NCBI RefSeq assembly: GCF_001194135.2
Contig: NC_068982.1
Location: 92,208,683 to 92,272,682, forward strand
Reading direction: 5' to 3'
Source of the DNA: Octopus bimaculoides
Taxonomy: Eukaryota
DNA: 64,000 bases
Shown: one piece after another, positions 26,001 to 35,873 of the stretch
Layout: every line of letters starts with the position of its first letter
Numbering within the stretch: the stretch's first letter is position 1
The notes under the pieces: model-generated
Seen by the model: the letters and a program-made list of their open reading frames with translations, nothing else
What the model was told of the DNA's origin: nothing
Databases searched by the model: none
Position numbers and translations under genes: made by a program

Positions 26001-27798
26001 TCCCATCTACAAAGTATAAATTTTTAAGATCCAGTCTGATAACTTTGGTTAACTTCTCCTTTTATCTGCTTCTGCACTTAGCTTTACTGAGATTCTTAAA
26101 TCATATGTTTCTATGAAAAAACTTACATTTGCCTTTTAGTGGAAAATTCATTCAGTCACTTGTGCAAGAATTCAATGTCAATATTGTTAACCATCAAACT
26201 GCATCAATTTCTGAATAATCTGGAGTTCTTTAAAGTCATTCAAGGCAGAACACATATGACTATTCACCAACTTCTCTGTAAATATATGAGAGGCATAAGG
26301 TTAAAAAATGTTGTGGGGACAAGTAATGATTTAATAGTTTAAAACATTGACATTGAATTCTTACATATAAAGGGTCATTGGCTGAATGAATTTATCTACT
26401 AAAATACAAATGCAAGTTTTCAAAGTAATATTTATAAGAATATATTTTGGTAGATCAGTAAGTAAATGTATGGTGAGAATCTGAAGAAGCTACAATGTTT
26501 TGAAACTGTTGAAAGGTGTAGCAACTATCAAAATTGCTGGAAGTGTAATATATTTGTCGGAAACAGAGAGCTTCGTCTTCAGATGCTTTTCATGATTTGG
26601 ATTACATCCTGTTCTTTCTGATTTGAATTAAAAACATGAAGGGGCCATGAAATGAGGTTGATAAGCTCTGATAAATATCCTAGTGATGAAATCATCAGCT
26701 CACAGTTTCCACAACAAAACTTCAGTTGTTTAAAAAAAAAAAAAAAGAGCATCAGTCTATGCATTTTTAAATTCAAAATACTGATGGAAGCTTTACAAAG
26801 GAGGAGTATAATTGTTAAAGCAATGGGTAAATATGTATTTAATTGAATGCTAGTTAATAATTAATCAAATATTTCACTAAGCTCATGGTTTTTTGTTTTG
26901 TCTTTCTTTTTAAGGTTCTTCTTTTTCAAAAGCATCGCAGTTACTTGAAGCGATCCATAAATGTCCTGATTTTGATGATGATATTGAGGATGTAAGTGAT
27001 GAAGAGGAGCCTGTCCAAACAACAATAAAAAATGACACTGAAATGTCTGCTAGTAAGTAATAAATGATAACTCTACTATTTCTCCACACTTTGAAATGAT
27101 TGCTAGTAAATAAGAAGTGATCCTTCTTCTATCTATCAAAGTGCTGACAGTGAAGTAGCTGTTACTAAGTAATCCTTCTTTTGTTGTCTCACATTGACAC
27201 TAGATTGTTATTGCTCACAAAGAAAGGAAACATCTACTTTTAAAACTTTGTGACTGTCAACACCAAATCATATTTAGTTTAAAATAAACCTCTACAATTT
27301 TTTCCAAAAGCCAGGAAGCTAGATTGGAGTATGGTTTCTAAGTTGTTCTATCTATATTAGATTTAATCCATATTTGCCTATTCAACATAGATATGGGTAT
27401 TTTTTCTATTCGGTCAGCAATTGTTAGCAGATTTACATTGATATATATCATTTAATGTTGGTATAATTATACCATCAAAAAGCTAGAATAAACAAAATGA
27501 GTCACAGCTGACACATCATTCTAATGTCCACTTCTCTATGTTTGAATGGATCGAATGGAATTCATTATCATTATCATTTTTTTATGCCTAGCTGCCCTTT
27601 CTGCTTCCAAGACAAGGAGACACACATACATACACATATGTATATATATAAAAATGACCAGCTTCTTTAAGTTTCTGTCTACCAAATCGATTCACAAGAC
27701 TTCAGTGGCTATAGTAGAAGACATTTGCACATACTGTGATGCCAAGAAGGTGGTTGGAAAGCAAAAGTCTTAATCTCACAGATATATGTGTGTGTATG

Positions 27799-27863
<65 letters not shown>

Positions 27864-30800
27864 CATATATATATAAAAATGAGTAATAGAGAGGTATAGG
27901 TGTCAATTTATTTTGGCCCTTTCAAGCGACTCCATTAATTGATTAATGAAAACATTACATCATTGCAAAGAAACTGTTTTTGTTAGATGACTGCATGAAC
28001 TTCAAACATAAAAAATTTGACTGATTAAACATAGTCACAACTCCACAGAGCCTAAATATTTACACTGGTTCTGCTGCTATTTTGTTGGCAGAATGACTTT
28101 ACCAAATATTTTATATCTTGTAAGAATAAATAGAATTTAGAGGATAGTAGAGGTTATAGTAGGGGGAAGGAGTAATTGAAATCAGTGACCCAGTTACCTA
28201 TACTTCAAAACAAAAGGAGGGAGGATTGTTTTTAATGGTCTAGATTTAAGTCTTAGGGGTGTTGAACATGTATTCTGGTCAGTGGTGATAAATTAATTAA
28301 TATCATGTCAGCCTGCTTAACTATCACATGTGATGCAATAATACATCCGGCTTTATCTACAAAAGAGGGTAAGGTGTGGGATAGTAATAAGGGATTGATG
28401 GGGAAGGGATGATAAGTAGAAGAAAAAAGGTTAGGGAGAGTTGATACTACTTCATTTGATTATAGTATTAAAGGGGAAGATCTAGAAAACTGCTGGAATA
28501 AGTATTAGAAATATGGATGGAAATCAAATTCAGAGAATAGCAAAACTTTTCAATTACAATTTAGCACACTTATGATATATCAATAAATATACTATTAAAT
28601 ATATAGGGGAAGGATAAAATTATAATAATGAGATACCTTAAGATATAAGAGAAATAATAAAACTTTACGTAAATATTGTGTATAAAATATACTAGTAAAA
28701 AGAATATATATATACAATTTATAACTGAGTTCCTTATAATATAAAAAGGTACTTGTAATATAAAGTAAACTGATATTAGAAATATTCCACATCATTAGGG
28801 AAGGATAAAGATAGGATATAAAAAAATAAGATCCAAGGTATAGTGTAAATAAATTGGAGATATTTACAATATATAAAGGAGTACCTTCAGATACAAGATT
28901 TAAAAATTTAGGTACATAATCAAATAATGAATATAATAATATCAGATTAAAGTATACTGTAAGGCATATAAAAATCAACATGTACAATTTTATCCGGATC
29001 TAGTTAAACTGATTCACAAAATCAGCCCCTTTTAATTTTGTTCAGATTGCTTTCACTTTTGGTGTATCAATGCAACTCTGAATTTTGATTATGATCAACC
29101 AATTACTCTATCTCATAAATTAAAGAATCTGATGTTATTTGGAATTAAAGTTGGAAAATTTGGGTAATTTTAGCCAATTAACAGACAGCTCGGTGTTAAC
29201 AGCTTGTTACCATCACAACCGCATGCTGTGTTGTGTTTCACTTCACCCACACCTGTGCTGCATGTTGTTCTGTATTGATTCTTCGCACTACAAGATCCAT
29301 TTCACCTGGCCCAGCTTTTATCCTGGTCACCCATTTTGCAATCAAAATAATGCACATAGCACTTTTTAATCAATAGCATGAAACGTCATCTTAGTGACTT
29401 GAATGTTAAGTTACCGCAAATATAGCAAAAGTCTTTGAAATGTTTACACAGTTTCTTGGCATTATGAAGGTGAATGGAATATGTGAACTTAGTACACAAC
29501 CGCACATCTACACTTCAAGCACAGCACTGACAGAGCATCAGTGACTCATTGACTCAGGATTGCCAAGCTTCAGAGACTCATTGATTCAGATAGCTGGATT
29601 TATGATTTCACTTGGTTAATTCTATTCATAAACATTTAAATTAGGAGTATTTCTTCAACCTTTAGCTTCACATTTCAACAGCTTAACTGATATTTAGCCC
29701 ATGTAACAGGAATTGAGAGGGATATTGTGGAACAGAGAAATTGTGGGTGATACAGATACTATCTTTGAATTATGTATGCAAAAACATATAAGAAACAGGT
29801 ATTCTTTTTCTTCAGACAAATTCTTTGTTGACCAGTGTTATTCTTATCTTAGTTTACAATCCAAGCATGAAAACAATACTCAACTTAGGAGTTTTGAAGA
29901 TAGATGCCCCCTTTTCACACATACACACACACATATGAATGCATATAAACTTATATATGAATACATACATCCACATGCACTTATATATTAATGATGTTCA
30001 CAAATACATGACAGGTATACATGATACTGAAATACGCATAAAGTGAACATATGCAAACATATATTAATATAATAGATAAGAAAAGTAATAAAAATATATA
30101 AAACACTATAGAAATCAATGAAGAGACAAAAGAAACAGTGAGATGACACATGTTGATTTTGTTAGGTATTTCTGTTTATTTAGAAACCTACAATAAACAG
30201 GTCATTTCAAAGACACTAAACACAGAAAATTTCTGTCTTGGTATTGACAAAAATACAGTTTTTTCGATTTTTAAACCTCTGTAACTTTTTCCCCTTTTTT
30301 GTTCTCTACAACATCATACCTTCATAGCAATAAGAGTGGAAAACTACATTAATATGCAAATTTTGTGAATCAGTTTAACTAGATCCTTTTATCCTTCACC
30401 TATATATTTAATAGTATATTTATTGATATAATATCATAAGTGTGCTAAATTGTAATTGAAAATTTTTGCTATTCTCTGAATTTGATTTCCATCCATATTT
30501 CTAATACTTATTCCAGTAATTTTCTAGATCTTCCCCTTTAATACGATAATCAAATGAAGTAGTATCAACTCTCCCTAACCATTTTTTCTTCTACGTATCA
30601 TCCCTTCCCCATCACTCAATCTCTTATTACTATCCCACACTTTACCCTCTTTTGTAGATAAAGCCGGATGTATTATTGCATCACATGTGATAGTTAAGCA
30701 GGCTGACATGATATTAATTAATTTATCACCACTGACCAGAATACATGTACAACACCCCTAAGACTTAAATCTAGACCATTAAAGACAATCCTCCCCCCTT

Positions 30801-32908
30801 TTGTTTTGAGGTATAGGTAACTGGGTCACTGATTTCAATTACTCCTTCCCCCTACTATAACCTCTACTGTCCTCTAAATTCTATTTCTTCTTACAAGATA
30901 TAAAATGCCAATGAAATAGCTGCAGAACCAGTGTAAATATTTAGGCTCTGTGGAGTTGTGACTATGTTTAATCAGTCAAATTGTCCTTTATGTTCGAAAT
31001 TCATGAAGTCATTTAACAACAACAGTTTCTTTGCAATGATGTAATGTTCTCATTAATCAATTAAAGGAATCGCTTGAAAGGGCCATAATGAATTGACACC
31101 TGTACCTCTATGTTACACATTTATATTTTATTCACCTGTCTTGGAATCTACACTTTGGAAATATTAAAGAAGGTATTTAATATAAAGAAGGTATTTTGAT
31201 ATTCACGTCTGAATAGTGAAGAGTGGATCTCTTCACTTAGCTGAGTCACATTATCTGCATACACTGCAAGAATGGCACTTCTGCACCAAGTCTGATATTC
31301 ACTTAATATTGTTTGGATGTGCATATTATTACAACCTAACAAGGTGTCTCAATTAAGTACCTAATTCAGCCGAATCTTAATTGTATTATATATCTTGAGG
31401 AGAAGTTTCAGATGTGGAAGCAAGTATTAGAATCGAAGGGCCTTAGAGTCAACCTAGCTAAAACCAAAGTCCGAATAAGTAGGAAGGTAGACAAACCACA
31501 AACCCCTTCAGGTAGATGGCCCTGCTCGATGTGTAGAAAAGGCATAGGTAGAAACTCTGTACCCAGTGTAAGTTATGGACACATAAGAGGTGCAGCAATA
31601 TCAATGGAAGGGCTAACTGGGAAAATAGTTTTATATGTGGCAGATGCTCAGGAGCAATAAGCACTGAAAATGTACAGAGAACAACTTCTGCCACATTCCA
31701 AGGAGGAAAACTAGAAGTAGTTGATAGCTTCTGTTACCTAGGTGACCAAGTCAGTAGCAGGGGAGGATGCGCTGAAAGTGTAGCTGCTAGAATAAGAATA
31801 GCCTGGGCAAAGTTCAGAGAGCTCTTACCTCTGCTGGTGATAAAGGGCCTCTAGCTTAGAGTAAAAGGCAGACTGTATGACACATGTCTACGAACAGCCA
31901 TGCTACATGGCAGTGAAACATGGGCAGTGACTGCTGAGGACATGCGTAAGCTCGAAAGGAATGAAGCCAGTATGCTCTGATGGATGTGTAATGTCAGTGT
32001 GCCTACTTGACAGAGTGTAAGTACCTTGAGAGGAAAGTTGAACCTAAGAAGCATCAGTCGTGGTGTCCAAGAGCGACAATTGCGCTGGTATGGTCATTTG
32101 GCGAGAATGGATGAGGATAGCTGTGTAAAAAAGTGCCACAGCCTAGCAGTTGAGGGTACCTGTGGAAGAGGTAGACCCAGGAAGACCTGGGATGAGGTGG
32201 TGAAGCACGACCTTCGCACATTGGGCCTCACCGAGGCAATGACTAGTGACNNNNNNNNNNNNNNNNNNNNNNNNNNNNNNNNNNNNNNNNNNNNNNNNNN
32301 NNNNNNNNNNNNNNNNNNNNNNNNNNNNNNNNNNNNNNNNNNNNNNNNNNNNNNNNNNNNNNNNNNNNNNNNNNNNNNNNNNNNNNNNNNNNNNNNNNNN
32401 NNNNNNNNNNNNNNNNNNNNNNNNNNNNNNNNNNNNNNNNNNNNNNNNNNNNNNNNNNNNNNNNNNNNNNNNNNNNNNNNNNNNNNNNNNNNNNNNNNNN
32501 NNNNNNNNNNNNNNNNNNNNNNNNNNNNNNNNNNNNNNNNNNNNNNNNNNNNNNNNNNNNNNNNNNNNNNNNNNNNNNNNNNNNNNNNNNNNNNNNNNNN
32601 NNNNNNNNNNNNNNNNNNNNNNNNNNNNNNNNNNNNNNNNNNNNNNNNNNNNNNNNNNNNNNNNNNNNNNNNNNNNNNNNNNNNNNNNNNNNNNNNNNNN
32701 NNNNNNNNNNNNNNNNNNNNNNNNNNNNNNNNNNNNNNNNNNNNNNNNNNNNNNNNNNNNNNNNNNNNNNNNNNNNNNNNNNNNNNNNNNNNNNNNNNNN
32801 NNNNNNNNNNNNNNNNNNNNNNNNNNNNNNNNNNNNNNNNNNNNNNNNNNNNNNNNNNNNNNNNNNNNNNNNNNNNNNNNNNNNNNNNNNNNNNNNNNNN
32901 NNNNNNNN

Positions 32909-32953
<45 letters not shown>

Positions 32954-33794
32954 TATTATACTTTTACCAGAAGATGAATGACAGTGACTTTAAAGTTTCA
33001 GTCTGCTAGCCTTCATCCAATATTCAAGGAAGACTAGTTGACCGAAACATTTTATAAAGTATAATAAACATGTACTCTACAGAAAAGTATTGAGCAATTC
33101 TTCAGTTTAATGTTAAATTGTTTTTGTATTAGCTTGGCATAAAATCAAACATTATTTGTCGTTGACATCATAAGGATTTAGAAGCTTCAAGAGAACATAA
33201 AATACTTTTTTTGGAACAAAGCTGGTAAAGCTATGAATAATAGCCTGTAAATATTGGGTTAAGAAACTCTTTGGAGAGATTTCGAAGGCAGCCTTTGATA
33301 TTTTACTACACAAAGGTTGTTTTTAATAAACAATATATCATCATTATATGTATATCAACATTATATATTCTTTTATTCTTTTACTTGTTTCAGTCATTTG
33401 ACTGTGGCCATGCTGGAGCACCGCTTTAAACAGCTTTTTAGTCGAAGAAATCAACCCCAGGACTTATTCTTTGTAAGCCTAGTACTTATTCTATTGGTCA
33501 CTTTTGCCAAACCGCTAAGTTACAGGGACATAAACTCCCCAACATCGGTCATCAAGCGATGGTGGGGTGACAAACACAGACACAAAGACACACATATATA
33601 GATATATATATACACACACACACATATATATATATATACATATATATATACATATATATATATACATACATACATATACACACACACACACACATATACG
33701 ATGGGCTTTGGTCGGCCCGAGGCTATAGTAGAAGGCACTAACCCAAGGTGCCACACAGTGAATCTGGAACCATGTGGCACAGCCTGCTTGTGCC

Positions 33795-33825
<31 letters not shown>

Positions 33826-35717
33826 CACGCACACAAACACATCATAATGGGTGTTATGTCCATCTGTCTGTCTGTCCGTCTGTTCCCTCTTCATGGTCAA
33901 ACGGCTGGACCAATGGTCATGATGTCTTTTGGGGATTATGAAGGAGGTAATCAGGAAGGTTTTTAGCGAAAAAATGTTAAAAAAGTATGATTATTTAGTG
34001 GATATTAGTTTTGCATTAATAAATCACCTTTGTCTTTTTGGTTTTTTTTTGGTTTTTTTATGTTAAAATTCCGGTGACGAGGATTAACTCTGGATTTCCC
34101 CCGTATAGTTCGTGAATTTAGAGGATTTAGATTTGCGATACTATCCCTTTATTGCCCATCGTAGATGGGCAGATTTGCTATCTTACTATAATGGACATAA
34201 TGTCTGTTCCCTTTTCACAGCCAGACGTTTAGATCAACGGTTACGATATTTTGGGGGATTACAAAGACAGTCACCAGGAAGGTTTTTAGCACTAAAGAAT
34301 CAGAAAATATGATTATTTCGTGGATATCTATTTTTGAATTGATAAACAACCTTTGCATTTTTATTAAAAATTCACTGACCATGAGTAAGTCTGGATTTTC
34401 ATCATATAGTCCATGGCCCCATCGTAGATATGAAGGGGATCATGAGGACGGTTAATAGCAAAAATAAAATGAAAAAAAGTGTGTGTGATTATTTAGTGGA
34501 TTCGAAATGGCTAATCGAAGCCACTGTTGTTTATGTCTCAGTTTTGTCAATCAAAATAACCCATGATACCAGAACATCCTGACATTATTTGCATAGAACA
34601 GTGAGAGGTAAGTCTTAGTTTGATTTTTTGCAACTCCAAAGATTCCGCTCATGCATTCGCAGCAAACAAGACACAGGGCCAGACTTTAGATCATGTAGCT
34701 GTACTTTTACCCACTCCAATGTTTACACATGGACAGTTATATGTCACTATGAGTAGAGCAACGGACTCCAGTTATTTGAAAATTAGTGTCGATCAAACGG
34801 AAAATATCATCTACAAAGAAGTTTTGTAATCATATTGGTATTATCGAACGGAATACAATTCATAATTTAAATAAGGAAATTTGTGAACTTTAAATGTATA
34901 AGAGTATAAATAAGCTTAAAATAGTGTAAACAACTAAAATAAAAGTATATCTATCAAGTCCATTTACACATTTCTCAATACATACTGCTGTTATGACTTC
35001 CCTCCCTCATTTTATGCCTCCATTTTATTGTAGATGGGTAGATTTGCTAGTATATATAATAATGATGATGGTATATTGTTTATTAGAATAACAATCTGTT
35101 TAGAACACAAGAATAAGTTTGTATACACAGCTGTAATATTTAGAGGTTGATAGGTAACATGTCTACATACAGTTTTGAGTGAATTAAGTAGACAGAAACT
35201 GTGAAGAAGCTCATTATGTGCATGTGTTGTTTGTCCCGCCACCACCACCACTTGACTTGTTTGTGTCCCCCATAACCTAGCACTTCAGCAAAGAGACCAA
35301 TAGAATAAGTACCAGGTTTGAAAAGAAGTACTGGGGTTCATTTGTGTGACTAAAACCCCTTCAGCATGGCCACAGTTCAATGACTGAAGCAATAAAAGAT
35401 AAAAGATGAACTGTTGATATTGTTTTTAATATTCAAAATGTATGACTATTTGTTGCATTTTTTTATATTTCAACAATGTATATTCATTCTTCCATGTATT
35501 CATTTTTTTTCTTTTTCCTTCATCAGACGCTGATCTAGTTAAAGAGAATAATATGCTGAAAGAACTGAAGCTTTGTAAAATCTGTTTAGATGAAGAATTG
35601 AGTGTGGTATTTTTACCATGTGGCCATTTGGTCAGTTGTGCATCATGTGCACCTGCTCTCAGTAACTGTCCTGTGTGTCGACAAAAGGTTCATGGAATGG
35701 TTAAGACATTTTTCTGA
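13045..35717 (+). CDS. IAP: Inhibitor of apoptosis (XIAP/cIAP/BIRC-like) gene: 4 BIR (first degenerate) + UBA + RING, 6 coding exons, predicted 585 aa
   Basis: Exons of 1009+182+103+135+138+191 = 1758 nt join in one open frame. All introns are GT..AG with matching phases (1,0,1,1,1). BIR C-x2-C-x16-H-x6-C and C-terminal RING motifs are read directly from the translation. Exact ortholog not assignable. Confidence 0.93.
15834..16301. mobile_element. TTAA-flanked piggyBac-like MITE interrupted by a fold-back insertion
   Basis: TTAA|CCCTTT ... AAAGGG|TTAA; internal insertion 15899-16143. Confidence 0.6.
15899..16098. repeat. Inverted repeat, 83-bp arms
   Basis: 15899-15981 vs 16016-16098, 4 mismatches. 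Confidence 0.92.
17399..17580 (+). CDS. IAP: IAP coding exon 2: C-terminal half of BIR4
   Basis: CTACAG|GA AAG..; encodes [34 protein letters not shown]..SYNQ; donor CAG|GTAAAA. Confidence 0.95.
17632..18010 (+). mobile_element. tRNA-derived SINE, young, with A-rich tail and 12-bp TSD
   Basis: A box TGGCCCAGTGG, B box GGTTTCGATTCC; TSD AACTTTTATTGA at 17620-17631 and 18011-18022. Confidence 0.88.
18630..19080 (+). mobile_element. Young 3' end of an RTE LINE or RTE-partnered SINE in IAP intron 2
   Basis: CpG-rich. Ends GGCGTTAGGAAGGGCATCCAGC..CCAACCCATGCTAGCATGGAAAGCGGACGTTAAACGATGATGATGAT; the same tail is seen decayed many times in the window. Confidence 0.75.
19930..20420 (-). mobile_element. 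Decayed LINE C-terminal fragment (I/Jockey-like)
   Basis: Reverse strand reads FGQQK..YKGYIRSRIDYASSV*.P-like. Confidence 0.45.
21381..21483 (+). CDS. IAP: IAP coding exon 3: Ser/Thr-rich linker
   Basis: T-rich tract + AAAG acceptor; VLDNASSVLDGSAEPTEGSSTIEDVTTFPNTPTS; donor CAG|GTAAGA; phase 0 in, phase 1 out, which fits its neighbours. Confidence 0.8.
22178..25036 (-). mobile_element. Full-length decayed hAT/Buster (Charlie/SPIN-like) DNA transposon in IAP intron 3
   Basis: TIRs CAGTGTTTCCCAAA / TTTGGGAAGCTATG; 8-bp TSD ATGTAGAC / GTGTAGAC with central TA; ATCGCCCACC subterminal repeats; transposase fragments inside. Confidence 0.9.
22616..24226 (-). pseudogene. Buster-type hAT transposase pseudogene
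   Basis: BED finger CFLC..KPSHLKYHFGAKH, then SNNTISRHI, DEST, SDGA, HC and C-terminal FPTSYLVESG..GSH motifs, broken by frameshifts and stops. Confidence 0.88.
25739..25873 (+). CDS. IAP: IAP coding exon 4: start of UBA-like domain
   Basis: TTGTAG acceptor; ILPKSRNLKYKYSCLDTPPVLAVLSMGYKRNVVKRVVKNKIKETG contains the IAP UBA motif V..MG[YF]; donor CAG|GTAAGC. Confidence 0.88.
26915..27052 (+). CDS. IAP: IAP coding exon 5: end of UBA plus acidic linker
   Basis: Polypyrimidine tract + TAAG acceptor; SSFSKASQLLEAIHKCPDFDDDIEDVSDEEEPVQTTIKNDTEMSA; donor A|GTAAGT gives phase 1, matching the RING exon. Confidence 0.87.
27875..31123. repeat. Large inverted repeat (~740-bp arms) in IAP intron 5
   Basis: 27875-28619 is the reverse complement of 30387-31123, and 28996-29022 of 30360-30386; about 95% identical in the stretches compared by eye. 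Confidence 0.92.
31396..32250 (+). mobile_element. RTE-clade LINE 3' part in IAP intron 5, running into an N gap
   Basis: WKQVLESKGLRVNLAKTK..RWYGHLARMDEDSCVKKC..GRGRPRKTWDEVVK. Confidence 0.88.
33372..33790 (-). mobile_element. SINE with internal (TA/CA) microsatellite
   Basis: The same two halves in the same order occur at 49515-49885. Half copies lie at about 2800-2990, 9580-9730, 15280-15420, 27650-27780, 35235-35400, 54170-54310 and 55030-55140. Confidence 0.7.
33842..35050 (+). mobile_element. Tandem non-autonomous Helitron carrying a RepHel helicase C-terminal fragment
   Basis: A|TC start at 33842; hairpin TGCCCATC-GTA-GATGGGCA at 34153-34171; second TC start at 34181; CTAG|T end at 35050. 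PIF1 motifs KTQGQTL..FTHGQLYVTMSR..NIIYKEVL at about 34660-34829. Confidence 0.8.
35527..35717 (+). CDS. IAP: IAP terminal coding exon: C3HC4 RING E3 ligase domain
   Basis: Long polypyrimidine tract + CATCAG acceptor; LKELKLCKICLDEELSVVFLPCGHLVSCASCAPALSNCPVCRQKVHGMVKTFF-stop. Confidence 0.95.
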
Positions 35718-35867
35718 GGTATGACTAGATATTTATTGCTGATGGTTGCACATATTTCTGATGCAAATCTCTCCTAATTTGATGAAAAAAAAAGTACAGA
35801 ACTTCATTATATAGAGAATATATCCTCTATTGAAAACTTTTCAAGAAATTTCTGCTTACTCATTCTC

Positions 35868-35873
35868 AATAAA
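35868..35873 (+). terminator. Candidate polyadenylation signal (AATAAA) of the IAP gene
   Basis: First AATAAA about 150 nt after the stop, followed by a T-rich stretch. The hexamer is common in AT-rich DNA. Confidence 0.3.

Noticed and set aside
26968-27000. DxxD motifs (DIED, DVSD) before the RING as caspase sites
   Set aside because: P1' residues are V and E, which are disfavoured; this is more likely an acidic/CK2-type linker.
33020-33075. Hammerhead-like AAGGAAGA..CCGAAAC
   Set aside because: No CUGA and no stable stems; possibly a decayed Penelope-type end.
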